From: Hydrurus foetidus
Lineage: Eukaryota
Direction of reading: 5' to 3'
Length of the DNA: 64,000 nt
NCBI GenBank assembly: GCA_900617105.1
Contig: UYFQ01000001.1
Location: forward strand, 248,001 to 312,000
Both the position numbers and the translations under genes were made by a program. Position 1 is the first letter of the stretch; each line of letters opens with the position of its first letter. The notes below the pieces were generated by a model. It had not been told where the DNA came from, did not search any database, and saw nothing but the letters and a program-made list of their open reading frames with translations. Below, one piece after another: positions 1-9,116 of the stretch.

Positions 1-501
1 CTCGCGCACCTCCACCGTGGTGCCCTGCGCCCGTGCAGCAGGGGTGAGTTCACCCGTCAAAGATTCCAACTGGTAAGCCGTGGTTTCGCCCACAGTGCGG
101 GACAGTAATGCAGTGTCAGCTACAGAACTGATAGCGGCCAGCGCCTCGCCGCGAAATCCCATCGTGCCGACAGACTCCAAATCGGTCAGCGAGGTGATCT
201 TGCTGGTGGCATGGCGTTTGAAGGCCATCGGCAGCTCATCACGTGGGATGCCGCCGCCATCGTCTTCCACACGTATGCTGCGCACACCACCGGCCAGCAG
301 TCGCACGGTGATCTGCGTGGCCCCCGCGTCCAAGGCGTTGTCCACCAGCTCACGCACCACGGCGGCGGGGCGTTCGATCACCTCACCGGCTGCGATTTGG
401 CTGATGAGTTCGTCGGGCAGCTCCCGTATGCTTTGGCGGGTAGCGGCACGGATGCCGGTGGGTGGAGTGAGGGGCTTGGTGGTGGGGCGGGGAGAAGACA
501 C
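1..501 (-). CDS. mutL: DNA mismatch repair protein MutL, N-terminal part (runs off the left edge; not in ORF track)
   Basis: Manual minus-strand translation from GTG at 501: [38 protein letters not shown]...HATSKI...[11 protein letters not shown]...GTTVEVRE, the GHKL ATPase motifs of MutL. Confidence 0.95.
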   Translation of the reverse strand, partial: MSSPRPTTKPLTPPTGIRAATRQSIRELPDELISQIAAGEVIERPAAVVRELVDNALDAGATQITVRLLAGGVRSIRVEDDGGGIPRDELPMAFKRHATSKITSLTDLESVGTMGFRGEALAAISSVADTALLSRTVGETTAYQLESLTGELTPAARAQGTTVEVRE

Positions 502-559
502 GGCGAGGCAGCCTGGAGAAGGAGGGCTTTGATTTTAGGCCCGGTGATAATTCACGCCT

Positions 560-1201
560 ATGGACATCCTTACCCTGCTTCTCGATTTCGTCTTCCACGT
601 TGATCGCCACCTGGAAACCTTTGTCACCAACTACGGAGCGTGGGTGTATGCCCTGCTGTTTCTCATCATCTTTGTCGAAACCGGCGTCGTCGTCATGCCC
701 TTCCTGCCCGGCGATTCTTTGCTGTTTGTGGTGGGTGCGATGTGCGGCGTGGGGCTGATGAGCTACCCCTTGAGCGTCGCCCTGCTGTTCGCCGCTGCCG
801 TGCTGGGCAACCAATGCAACTACGCGATTGGCCGTTACCTGGGGCCCAAAGTCTTCCAGTGGGAGGATTCACGGTTTTTCAACAAGAAAGCCTTCGACCA
901 AGCCCATGCGTTTTACGAAAAATACGGCGGCATCACCATCGTGGCCGCCCGGTTCATGCCCTTCTTGCGCACGTTTGCACCGTTTGTTGCGGGCGTTGCC
1001 AACATGACGCGCAGCAAATTCACCGCTTACGACGTGGGCGGCGGGGCACTGTGGGTGGGCGGCATCATCACCGCCGGGTACTTCATGGGCAGCATCCCGT
1101 GGGTGAAGATGAATCTGGACAAGATCATCTGGGCGATGATTTTCATACCGGGGTTGTTGATTGCGGTGGGGGCTTGGCGGGCGCGGGGGAAGAGTGCTTG
1201 A
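560..1201 (+). CDS. DedA family (VTT domain) membrane protein
   Basis: FVETGVVVMPFLPGDSLLF and ARFMPFLRTFAPFVAG motifs. Confidence 0.93.
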   Translation: MDILTLLLDFVFHVDRHLETFVTNYGAWVYALLFLIIFVETGVVVMPFLPGDSLLFVVGAMCGVGLMSYPLSVALLFAAAVLGNQCNYAIGRYLGPKVFQWEDSRFFNKKAFDQAHAFYEKYGGITIVAARFMPFLRTFAPFVAGVANMTRSKFTAYDVGGGALWVGGIITAGYFMGSIPWVKMNLDKIIWAMIFIPGLLIAVGAWRARGKSA

Positions 1202-1505
1202 GGCGAAGTGCTGCGGTGCATCCTGGCAACCCTCGTCCCGTTTTTTCGTCGCCTAGCTTAGAAATTCCAAGATAGGCGTTCAGCTACATTACTTTAGATC
1301 GCGCTTGCCGGGATCTAAACCGTTTGTTGGATGAGCCCGGGTTTGGGCGGCGGTGTCAGCCCTGCTGCAAATACCTTTTGATACCCGCCACCTCGATCCG
1401 ATCAGTGGTTCTACTGTTTCTGATCGCTACCGCTTTGCGTGCCTGGCGGCGCAGCCACAGTGGCCGCTAGAACACAAACTACTCGCATTAGCAACGGGGA
1501 GTCAG

Positions 1506-1715
1506 CTAAAGTTTTGCACCCTTCAGGGTGTTGCTGCGGGCCAGTGAAATAGCCTCGCTCAGCGTGGAGCGTTCACCGACATGATTGGACAAAATTAGCA
1601 CCAGCTTGGCCATCATGCGCTCAGCCTGGGTGTTGTCCATGTCGCGTTGGGCGTTGACCAGCTCTTCGTAAAAGCCGTCAGACTCGGGGATGTTGGGGGT
1701 CAGTATCAAACTCAT
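1506..1715 (-). CDS. DUF2783 family small protein
   Basis: PNIPESDGFYEELVNAQR...AKLVLILSNHVG pattern; directly downstream of an FAD monooxygenase, the usual context. Confidence 0.8.
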   Translation of the reverse strand: MSLILTPNIPESDGFYEELVNAQRDMDNTQAERMMAKLVLILSNHVGERSTLSEAISLARSNTLKGAKL

Positions 1716-1730
1716 AGTCATCTCCCGTGT

Positions 1731-3344
1731 TCAAGCCAATGCCAGGCAGCGCGTCATCGCCGCCTGAACCTTGTTGCCGTCAAAGTTGCGCCAGCGAGCC
1801 GCCACGTGTTGGTCTGGACGGATCAAATACACCGTGCCGTTCTGGCCGTCGTAGCGCTCAGCGATCAGGCCCTGAACGTCAACGATGTCTGTGCCCACCT
1901 GCAGCACCTTGGCTTCTATGCCCGCAACGCTGACAGCGCTGGCGGATTTGTCACCAAAGCACAGCAAAACGAAACCCTCGCCCAGCTGGTTGAGTAGCCA
2001 GGTGTCCTGGCCCGCCACCGAAACGGGGGCGTCCGCACAATTGGTGCCGGGTGACATCTGGCCTGCAAAGGTCGATTCGTCTGGCGTATTGAGCGATGAT
2101 TTGGCGTAGGGCGTGGGGGTAGACAAACGGCCGCTGTTCACCAGCTTGCGGGCAAAGGCGTGGTCGCCAGCCAGCTCCATCGTGGCATCGCGCAAAGTGC
2201 GGCTGACCTCGCTCTTGGGTGTAATGAAGTCGGTGGAGCGGGTGGAGTTGAGCAGGTTGTCGTCTGCAGCAAACGCCCGTTCTTCGTCGTAGCTGTCCAT
2301 CAGGCTGATGGGTGCTTTTCCATCCAGCACGGCTTGGAGCTTCCAGCTCAGGTTGTCGATGTCCTGTATGCCGGTATTGGCACCTCGTGCACCAAAGGGC
2401 GACACTTGGTGCGCTGCGTCACCCGCGAACAGCACGCGACCGTAGCGGAAGTTGTCGATCCGGCGGCAGGCAAACTGGTAAACCGAGACCCATTCCAGCT
2501 CGAACTCCACGTCTTTGCCGAGCATGGCCTGGATGCGCGGGATAACGTTCTCGGGTTTTTTCTCTTCGTCGGGGTTCGCATTCCAGCCGAGCTGGAAGTC
2601 AATGCGCCAGACGTTGTCGCACTGCTTGTGCAGCAGCACGCTTTGGCCGCGATGAAAGGGCGGGTCAAACCAGAACCAGCGCTCGGTCGGAAAACTGGTG
2701 TCCTTGAGGATCACGTCGGCAATCAGGAAGCGGTCCTGAAAAAACTGGCCCGTGAACTCGGCACCCACCATGCGTCGCGTGTCGCTGTTGGCACCGTCAC
2801 AGGCAATCACCCAATCTGCCTCAATCTTGAAAATGCCGTCCGGTGTCTCGATGCTCAGGGTGACAAAGTCTGGGTCTTGCGACAGGCTCAACAGCTTGTG
2901 CTTCCAGCGCAGGTCAACAAGCGGATTGGCGTCGCACGCCGCCACCATCGTCTCTTCCAGGTAGTACTGCTGCAGGTTGATCATGGCGGGCATCTGGTGA
3001 TGCGCTTCGGGCAGCAGGTCAAAGGTGTAGACGAGGTCGTCTTTGAAGAAGACCTTGCCCACTTTCCAACTGATGCCCCGGTCCACCATCTGGCGGCCGA
3101 CACCCAGGCGGTCCAGGATTTCTAACGGGCGTTTGGCGTAGCACACGGCCCGCGAGCCTATGCTCACGGTGTTGTTGTCGTCCAGGATCACCGACGGGAT
3201 ACCACGCTTGGCGCAGTCCAACGCGGCTGTCAGGCCGATGGGGCCTGCGCCGATGATGACGACCGGATGGCGTTTGATAATGCCTGTTGCCTGCTCTTCC
3301 GACTGTCGGTAGGCAAACTCCGGGTAGGTATAGGTCTTTTGCAT
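1731..3344 (-). CDS. FAD-dependent monooxygenase (MhpA/PHBH-like aromatic hydroxylase family)
   Basis: GAGPIG, DG and GDAAHQVSPFGARGANTG flavoprotein motifs plus C-terminal LIRPDQHV; start taken at MQKTYTYP after AAAGAG. Confidence 0.9.
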   Translation of the reverse strand: MQKTYTYPEFAYRQSEEQATGIIKRHPVVIIGAGPIGLTAALDCAKRGIPSVILDDNNTVSIGSRAVCYAKRPLEILDRLGVGRQMVDRGISWKVGKVFFKDDLVYTFDLLPEAHHQMPAMINLQQYYLEETMVAACDANPLVDLRWKHKLLSLSQDPDFVTLSIETPDGIFKIEADWVIACDGANSDTRRMVGAEFTGQFFQDRFLIADVILKDTSFPTERWFWFDPPFHRGQSVLLHKQCDNVWRIDFQLGWNANPDEEKKPENVIPRIQAMLGKDVEFELEWVSVYQFACRRIDNFRYGRVLFAGDAAHQVSPFGARGANTGIQDIDNLSWKLQAVLDGKAPISLMDSYDEERAFAADDNLLNSTRSTDFITPKSEVSRTLRDATMELAGDHAFARKLVNSGRLSTPTPYAKSSLNTPDESTFAGQMSPGTNCADAPVSVAGQDTWLLNQLGEGFVLLCFGDKSASAVSVAGIEAKVLQVGTDIVDVQGLIAERYDGQNGTVYLIRPDQHVAARWRNFDGNKVQAAMTRCLALA

Positions 3345-3354
3345 CGCGATCTCT

Positions 3355-3900
3355 TTAGGCTTTTGCGGTGGAAAACTCTTTGTCATGCATCCACGCCGCA
3401 TGCTTGGGGGCGCGCTTGGTCTTGTTCCACTCTTCCAGCATTTCCCACTTCACATCGTTCAGTTTCTTCATCATGTCTGGCGTGGCGGTGTCGGCGGCGA
3501 GCTCCAGGCGGTGGCCACTGGGGTCAAAGAAGTAGATGGATTTGAAGATGGTGTGGTCGGTCACGCCAGTCACCTCGATGCCGTCGGCTTCGAGCTTTGC
3601 CTTGGCTGCCTCTAGCGTGGCGACGCTGTCGACTTTGAAAGCGATGTGCTGAACCCAGTCGGGGGTGTTGTCGTCGCGGCCCATGGGGGGTGAATTTGGG
3701 ATCTCGAAGAAAGCCAGCACGTTACCGTTGCCTGCGTCCATGAACAGGTGCATATAGGGATCGGGGGCATGGGTGGAGGGCACTTGGTTTTCGGCTATGG
3801 CCAGCACAAAGTTCATGCTCAAGTGCTTGGTGTACCACTCAACAGTTTCTTTGGCATCTTTGCAGCGGTACGCGACATGGTGAATGTGATCGATTTTCAT
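3355..3900 (-). CDS. VOC family (glyoxalase/dioxygenase-fold) protein
   Basis: IHHVAYRC, QHIAF and SIYFFDPSGHRLEL motifs; GGAGA RBS before ATG at 3900. Confidence 0.9.
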   Translation of the reverse strand: MKIDHIHHVAYRCKDAKETVEWYTKHLSMNFVLAIAENQVPSTHAPDPYMHLFMDAGNGNVLAFFEIPNSPPMGRDDNTPDWVQHIAFKVDSVATLEAAKAKLEADGIEVTGVTDHTIFKSIYFFDPSGHRLELAADTATPDMMKKLNDVKWEMLEEWNKTKRAPKHAAWMHDKEFSTAKA

Positions 3901-4030
3901 GGGGTCTCCTGGATGGATAAGAAAGCAATATAGTATCAAATGAAACTAAAAAATACTACAAAAATTTTGAAATATCATTAAATTTCAATGCATACGTATT
4001 AAATAAGTTTCTTTTGCTACCATGTTGTCC

Positions 4031-4498
4031 ATGAACAATGCAAGCACCGAAAAAATTCTGGATCTGGATGTTTTTTTGCCCTACCAGTTGGCCGTGCTTT
4101 CCGAGGCGGTGAGCCGATCCATTGCTCAAATTTACGCGCTGCGCTTTGACCTGAGCCGTGACGAATGGCGTGTCTTGGCCGCCTTGCATTACGCGCCGCC
4201 CACCCGCACGGCCAGTGTGATTGAGCAGACCACGCTGGACAAGGTGTCTGTCAGTCGGGCGCTTCGTCGTATGGAGGAGAAGGCTTTGGTTGAGCGAACC
4301 ACAGACCCACAGGATGCACGGGGTTACCTGATCAGCTTGACCGCTGGCGGTCGTCTTCTGTTTCGCAAAATTATGCCCATGGTGCAGGCGCGCGAGCAAT
4401 TTTTGCTGGAAGGGCTGGAGGATGCAGAGCGTATCGCGCTGCAGTCTGGCATGCAGAAGCTCTTGGCGCGTGCACGCCAGTTGGCGCAGCAAGGCTGA
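4031..4498 (+). CDS. MarR family transcriptional regulator
   Basis: FLPYQLAVL...EWRVLAAL...LDKVSVSRAL...DAR winged helix; divergent from the VOC operon across an AT-rich spacer. Confidence 0.9.
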   Translation: MNNASTEKILDLDVFLPYQLAVLSEAVSRSIAQIYALRFDLSRDEWRVLAALHYAPPTRTASVIEQTTLDKVSVSRALRRMEEKALVERTTDPQDARGYLISLTAGGRLLFRKIMPMVQAREQFLLEGLEDAERIALQSGMQKLLARARQLAQQG

Positions 4499-4708
4499 CT
4501 GGTGGAAATAGTCTGTGAGTTGGTTTGGTGTCAAGTTGTCGATTTGCCAATCAAAGTGCTCATCCATCGTGCGAATGGCTCTGGCCTAGGCGTCGATGGT
4601 TTTGGGTTGCAGGCCTTTGAGTTTGAGGTGCTGTAAGTGGGGGCTGTACTTGCTGGCGAAGGGTTCAGGAAAAGCAGCAGGGTTAAAGCCGATGGGGTGA
4701 GTGGACAT
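4499..4708 (-). pseudogene. Truncated tyrosine recombinase, N-terminal SAM-like domain only, with in-frame stop
   Basis: Translates MSTHPIGF...HLQHLKLKGLQPKTIDA*ARAIRTMDEHFDWQIDNLTPNQLTDYFHQ. TAG at 4586-4588 sits where Tyr is expected (KTIxAY). The sequence then abuts the marR stop; no catalytic domain present. Confidence 0.75.
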
Positions 4709-4728
4709 GGGATATCTCCGGTTCTGTT

Positions 4729-6060
4729 GAGGGTGTAAGAAGTTTTGTGTAAACGGTCTTTTGGCAGGAAACTGCCGTCTTGCATGGAGCAATGATGACC
4801 GTAGAACAGAAACCCTTACCCGCCGAACTGATAGACGCACTGCTGGCAGACTACAAAAAGCCTGAAGATTTGATTGGCCAGAACGGCATCCTCAAGCAAC
4901 TCACCAAGGCCCTGGTAGAACGCGCACTGCAGGCCGAGCTGACAGAGCACCTGGGTCACAGCAAGAACCAATTGGTGGCCAACGAGGCAGGCAACACCCG
5001 CAACGGACGCAGCAAGAAGACCCTCAAGGGCGACTTTGGTGAACTGCCCATTGAAATCCCCCGTGACCGGGCGGGCACGTTCGAACCCCAAATCATCACC
5101 AAGCACCAGACCCGCTGGAGCGGCTTTGACGACAAGATACTGTCGCTCTACGCCCGGGGCATGACAGTGCGCGAAATTCAAAGCCACCTGCAGGAAATGT
5201 ATGGCGCTGAAGTTTCACCCACCCTAATCTCCTCGGTGACCGATGCCGTCATGGATGAGGTCAAAACCTGGCAGGCTCGTCCATTGGACGCGCTGTACCC
5301 CATCGTTTACATGGACTGCATTCACGTCAAGGTGCGCGACAACGGCGCAGTACGGGTCAAGGCCCTGTACCTGGCCATTGGTGTCAACCTAGACGGCCTC
5401 AAGGAGGTGCTGGGCCTGTGGATGGCCCAGACGGAAGGTGCCAAGTTCTGGCTGCAAGTGGTGACCGAGTTGAAGAACCGTGGTGTGGCCGACATCTTCA
5501 TTGCCTGTGTCGATGGCCTCAAGGGCTTCCCAGATGCGATTGAGGCCGTGTTCCCCAAGACTGCTGTGCAGCTCTGTTTGGTTCACATGGTGCGCCACAG
5601 CCTGAACTTCGTGGGCTGGAAACAGCGCAAGGAAGTGGCCGCCGATTTGCGCATGATCTACAGCGCCGCCACTGAGGACGAGGCCCTGCTGCGGCTGACG
5701 GAATTCGAGGGCAAATGGGATGCATCATTCGCCCCGATTGGTCAGTCCTGGCGGCGCAACTGGGCACGCCTGACGCCATTCTTTGACTACCCGCCAGACA
5801 TCCGCAAAGTGATTTACACGACCAATGCCATTGAATCGGTGAATATGAGCCTACGCAAAATCACGAAGACCCGCGGGTCATTTCCAACCGATGACGCGGT
5901 ATTCAAATTGTTCTATCTGGCACTGAACAACATCAGTCAGAAATGGACGATGCCGATTCGGGATTGGAAGGCCGCCCTGAATCGATTTACCATTCAGTTT
6001 GACGAGCGTATGCCGCGCGTCTAACTTAATCGCCGTTTACACAAAATCCGGGACACCCTC
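4729..6060 (+). mobile_element. IS256 family insertion sequence, 1332 bp, with 8-bp target duplication
   Basis: Imperfect terminal inverted repeats GAGGGTGTAAGAAGTTTTGTGTAAACGG and CCGTTTACACAAAATCCGGGACACCCTC; GTTCTGTT duplicated at 4721-4728 and 6061-6068. Confidence 0.95.
4792..6024 (+). CDS. IS256 family (Mutator-type DDE) transposase
   Basis: RNG..K, IPRDR..FEP, VYMD, CVDGLKG, QLCLVH and YTTNAIES motifs; intact ORF. Confidence 0.96.
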   Translation: MMTVEQKPLPAELIDALLADYKKPEDLIGQNGILKQLTKALVERALQAELTEHLGHSKNQLVANEAGNTRNGRSKKTLKGDFGELPIEIPRDRAGTFEPQIITKHQTRWSGFDDKILSLYARGMTVREIQSHLQEMYGAEVSPTLISSVTDAVMDEVKTWQARPLDALYPIVYMDCIHVKVRDNGAVRVKALYLAIGVNLDGLKEVLGLWMAQTEGAKFWLQVVTELKNRGVADIFIACVDGLKGFPDAIEAVFPKTAVQLCLVHMVRHSLNFVGWKQRKEVAADLRMIYSAATEDEALLRLTEFEGKWDASFAPIGQSWRRNWARLTPFFDYPPDIRKVIYTTNAIESVNMSLRKITKTRGSFPTDDAVFKLFYLALNNISQKWTMPIRDWKAALNRFTIQFDERMPRV

Positions 6061-6151
6061 GTTCTGTTGAGGCCAACATGCTGCACAATTGCCGCATGTG
6101 CCTAACGCTTGCGAATTCCCGGTCTGCGTACCCCCTCCGCGTAGCGGCTTA

Positions 6152-6211
6152 GTCCAACCCGTCGGCCCTGTCGCGACAGCCTCCGGCTGCCGCTGGCATC
6201 CAACGTTGAGC
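6152..6211 (+). other. Degenerate attC-like recombination site 1
   Basis: GTCCAAC (RYYYAAC) ... central hairpin GCGACAGCC-TCC-GGCTGCCGC ... GTTGAGC (GTTRRRY), 60 bp; L-box pairing is poor. Confidence 0.55.
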
Positions 6212-6254
6212 GTCGGGAATCCTTACGCATATCACCTTGAGGCGAAACTAAACC

Positions 6255-7073
6255 ATGCGTACACCTCTCGTCATTCGGCGGATAACATCATTGGCACTTT
6301 TGTCAGTGTTGCTTATTTGCCAACAACCACTTCAAGCGCAGACCAAACCTAAGCGCACAGACTTGGGACACACGCCGGAGTCCATTCTTTGGATTGGCAA
6401 CAGCTTCTTCTACTACAACAACAGTATGCACAATCACTTCGGCCGCCTGGTTTCCTCAGGTGGGGCTGGTTCGCGTGTGCGTAGCACGTCAGTGACGATA
6501 AGCGGGTCTGGCCTCGATTGGCACGACATGGATTCATTGCTTCGCCCAAACGGACTTGGGCGCTACTCGTTTGTTGGCGATAACGAGATTCGATTCAATA
6601 AAGCTGGACGGCAATATGACGTCGCAATCATGATGGATTGCAGTCAGTGCCCGATTCATCCAGAACTAAAGGGCGCGTTTCATGAAGCCGCCAGAAAGTA
6701 TTCGCAGTCTTTGACTCTCGCGGGTATTCGCCCGGTGCTCTTTATGTCCTGGGCGTATAAGGACAAGCCGGAAATGACAGCACAACTTGCCGAGCAGTAC
6801 ACGCTCGCCGGCAACGCCAACGGCGCGTTCGTCATCCCGGCTGGCCTAGCGTTTGCCAAAGCCATTGCAAAGCAACCAGGCATCGAACTGTATGAAGCTG
6901 ACAAGCGGCACCCGAGCCTAGCCGGTACTTACCTTGCTGCGTGCACCGCATACGCGACGCTCTACGGAAAGTCGCCCGTAGGCTTGAGCTATACCGCGGG
7001 CTTGAGCGCTGAGCTAGTCAGCACATTGCAGGCAGCCGCTTGGGAATCCGTGCAAGAGTATTTCAAGCAGTGA
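6255..7073 (+). CDS. Secreted SGNH/GDSL-like hydrolase-fold protein (cassette 1)
   Basis: Signal peptide; ILWIGNSF block I and DKRHPS (DxxH) block V. Confidence 0.7.
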   Translation: MRTPLVIRRITSLALLSVLLICQQPLQAQTKPKRTDLGHTPESILWIGNSFFYYNNSMHNHFGRLVSSGGAGSRVRSTSVTISGSGLDWHDMDSLLRPNGLGRYSFVGDNEIRFNKAGRQYDVAIMMDCSQCPIHPELKGAFHEAARKYSQSLTLAGIRPVLFMSWAYKDKPEMTAQLAEQYTLAGNANGAFVIPAGLAFAKAIAKQPGIELYEADKRHPSLAGTYLAACTAYATLYGKSPVGLSYTAGLSAELVSTLQAAAWESVQEYFKQ

Positions 7074-7088
7074 CGGCACCGCACCGAT

Positions 7089-7155
7089 GCCCAACAGCAC
7101 ATTCGAGAGGGACGCGCGCAAGTGTGGCACACCCCCCTCAATGTGAACATTAAGC
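7089..7155 (+). other. attC-like site 2 (best preserved)
   Basis: R'' GCCCAAC; L'' CACATT(C)GAG(A)GGG pairs with L' CCCTCAATGTG leaving the two canonical extrahelical bases; R' degenerated to ATTAAGC. Confidence 0.8.
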
Positions 7156-7193
7156 GTCAAAGTCCACAACCACGCACTCCAGAAAGGAAGTTC

Positions 7194-7664
7194 ATGTCGC
7201 GCGACGAACGATTCACGAAGGAAGCAGCCGCTCTCGGCTACAGCTTCGATGGCGAGATCAAGATCGGAGGCAACTACGTTCCCTTGGTTCGCGACGGCAA
7301 TCACATCTATGTCAGTGGCCAGATTCCCCGCGTTGACAATACAGTCGTTGTTGTCGGGCCAGCTGGCACAGAGGTCTCGCTAGAGCGGGCGCAAGTAGCC
7401 GCAAAGGTCTGCGTCATGCGAGCGCTGGCGCTATTGCAGCAATCCCTTGGTTCCCTTGAGCACGTGCGAGCCATTCCACGAATCACTGTCTATGTACAGT
7501 CCGCGCAAACATTCACTCAACAGAGTGAAGTCGCGGACGGTGCGTCTGAGATTTTGTTCGGCGTTCTTGGCCCTGCCGGTGCCCACAGTCGCACTTCTGT
7601 CGGAGTATTCCAGTTGCCGAAGAATGCAACGGTTGAAGTTGATCTCATCGCAACCATTGCATAG
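7194..7664 (+). CDS. RidA/YjgF family protein (cassette 2)
   Basis: GNYVP, YVSGQIP, ADGASE, HSRTSVGV..LP..ATVEVD motifs; GAAAGGAAG RBS. Confidence 0.9.
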   Translation: MSRDERFTKEAAALGYSFDGEIKIGGNYVPLVRDGNHIYVSGQIPRVDNTVVVVGPAGTEVSLERAQVAAKVCVMRALALLQQSLGSLEHVRAIPRITVYVQSAQTFTQQSEVADGASEILFGVLGPAGAHSRTSVGVFQLPKNATVEVDLIATIA

Positions 7665-7680
7665 CACCTGTGAAGACGAC

Positions 7681-7733
7681 GCCCATCCATCTTGCCTACG
7701 GCCCCCGCGGGCCGCTCATGTCAAACGTTGAAC
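7681..7733 (+). other. Partial attC-like site 3 (right arm retained)
   Basis: ...CCCCGCGGGCCGCTCATGTCAAACGTTGAAC resembles a betaproteobacterial attC right arm ending in GTTRRRY; left arm appears deleted. Confidence 0.55.
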
Positions 7734-7789
7734 CGCAGATACCTAAAGGTTGCTGTGAACAGCACACTGAATCACAACCAAGGGGAAAA

Positions 7790-7909
7790 ATGAAATTCAT
7801 CATCAAGAACATCAAATGGGTGATGCTAGTGTCGGGCTTACTGACATCCACTATGCTATATGGCTTGTTTGCGCCTGAGGCAGCGTCGCAATCCTCGCTT
7901 TCACTTTGA
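7790..7909 (+). pseudogene. Truncated membrane-protein gene (cassette 3 remnant)
   Basis: AGGGG RBS; MKFIIKNIKWVMLVSGLLTSTMLYGLFAPEAA then ends abruptly at an R'-like remnant TTTGAGCGTC (compare GTTGAGCGTC at 6205 and ATTAAGCGTC at 7149). Confidence 0.55.
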
Positions 7910-7940
7910 GCGTCTCCTATTTACCTCACAATTACATCAA

Positions 7941-8381
7941 ATGACCATGAGCCCTGAGCAACTCGTCCGCAAAGTCACCGCCCTCACAGGTTTCACCCAT
8001 GCCGCAGGTGTTGAAGTGCTCGCTGCAGAAGCTGGGCGGGTCAGCCTCTCTCTTGCGAAGAAATCTGAACTTTTGCAATTCAATGGCTACTTTCACGGAG
8101 GCGTGGTGTCTGGTCTTGCTGATCATGCGGCTGGCGCCGCTGCAACGACAGCACTGCCACCTGGCAAGATCGCGGTCACTGTTGATCTGCACGTTAACTT
8201 TTTGACCCCTGCCAGCGGACCCACTTTGGTGGCAAAGGCTCGCACGCTTCAAGTCGGTACCACAGTCTGCGTGGTCACCGTCGAGGTTGAAACCGAAACG
8301 CCTGCGGGGCAGCAGGTCTGTGCGATTGCAACCGCCACATTGCGCGTTGTGGATATGCCTTCATTCGGCCCCTCCACTTGA
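7941..8381 (+). CDS. PaaI family (hotdog-fold) thioesterase (cassette 4)
   Basis: QFNGYFHGGVVSGLADHAAG and TVDLHVNFL motifs. Confidence 0.9.
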   Translation: MTMSPEQLVRKVTALTGFTHAAGVEVLAAEAGRVSLSLAKKSELLQFNGYFHGGVVSGLADHAAGAAATTALPPGKIAVTVDLHVNFLTPASGPTLVAKARTLQVGTTVCVVTVEVETETPAGQQVCAIATATLRVVDMPSFGPST

Positions 8382-8409
8382 AAGCGGTGAGCTTGAGTTT
8401 CAACAAGAT

Positions 8410-8482
8410 GCCCAACAGGCCACTCGTCACGGACACACAACAAGCGGCGGGTGCTGCGTTCCGGACAGCGCCAATGTTAGGT
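8410..8482 (+). other. attC-like site 4
   Basis: R'' GCCCAAC; L'' CACT(C)GTC(A)CGG pairs with L' CCGGACAGCG with the same C/A extrahelical pattern; R' GTTAGGT. Confidence 0.72.
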
Positions 8483-8513
8483 ACCCTACCAAAATCGTCT
8501 CTTACTTCGACAT

Positions 8514-9116
8514 ATGAATATTGCAATCCTGACCTTTCAAGGCTTCAACGAACTTGATTCCCTGGTGGCACTCGGGATACTGAATCGCATCAAGAAGCCC
8601 AATTGGCGCGTAACGCTATGCTGCCCAGAGCCTACGGTCACATCGATGAATGGCGTAATCGTCCATGCGCAGTCCACTCTGGCGGAAATCGGATCAGCCG
8701 ATGCGGTGATCGTGGGCAGTGGTATAAAGACAAGAGAGATCGTCAACGATCCCACGATCATGTCGGCACTGAACCTGAATCCAACTCGCCAGTTGATAGG
8801 CGCACAGTGCTCGGGGACACTTGTGCTGGCCAAGCTTGGGTTGCTCGGAGTGGTTCCAGCGTGTACCGATCTCACGACCAAGCCCTGGGTTCAAGACGCT
8901 GGAATCGAAGTGCTGAACCAACCGTTCTTTGCGGCGGGCAACGTCGCAACGGCCGGTGGCTGCTTCGCATCTCAATATCTGGCAGCTTGGGTCATTGCGC
9001 GCCTAGAAGGTCAGCAAGCCGCCATGGACGCACTGCACTACGTTGCTCCGGTTGGTGAGAAGGAAGAGTACGTTACGAGGGCAATGAAAAATATTGCACC
9101 GTACCTGCCCACTTAA
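8514..9116 (+). CDS. DJ-1/PfpI family protein (cassette 5)
   Basis: GFNELD, GAQCSG nucleophile elbow and NVATAGG; followed by R''-like GCCTAGC at 9120-9126. Confidence 0.9.
   Translation: MNIAILTFQGFNELDSLVALGILNRIKKPNWRVTLCCPEPTVTSMNGVIVHAQSTLAEIGSADAVIVGSGIKTREIVNDPTIMSALNLNPTRQLIGAQCSGTLVLAKLGLLGVVPACTDLTTKPWVQDAGIEVLNQPFFAAGNVATAGGCFASQYLAAWVIARLEGQQAAMDALHYVAPVGEKEEYVTRAMKNIAPYLPT

Noticed and set aside
1202..1505. Small hairpins (TTTAGATC...GATCTAAA and CGATCAG...CTGATCG) as an ncRNA, IS91-type origin or attC
   Set aside because: No convincing core sites or recognisable RNA family; likely terminators or degraded island edge.
4499..4708. Calling the recombinase fragment intI
   Set aside because: Only the N-terminal domain remains, so the IntI-specific insertion cannot be checked, and the sequence pattern differs from IntI N-termini.
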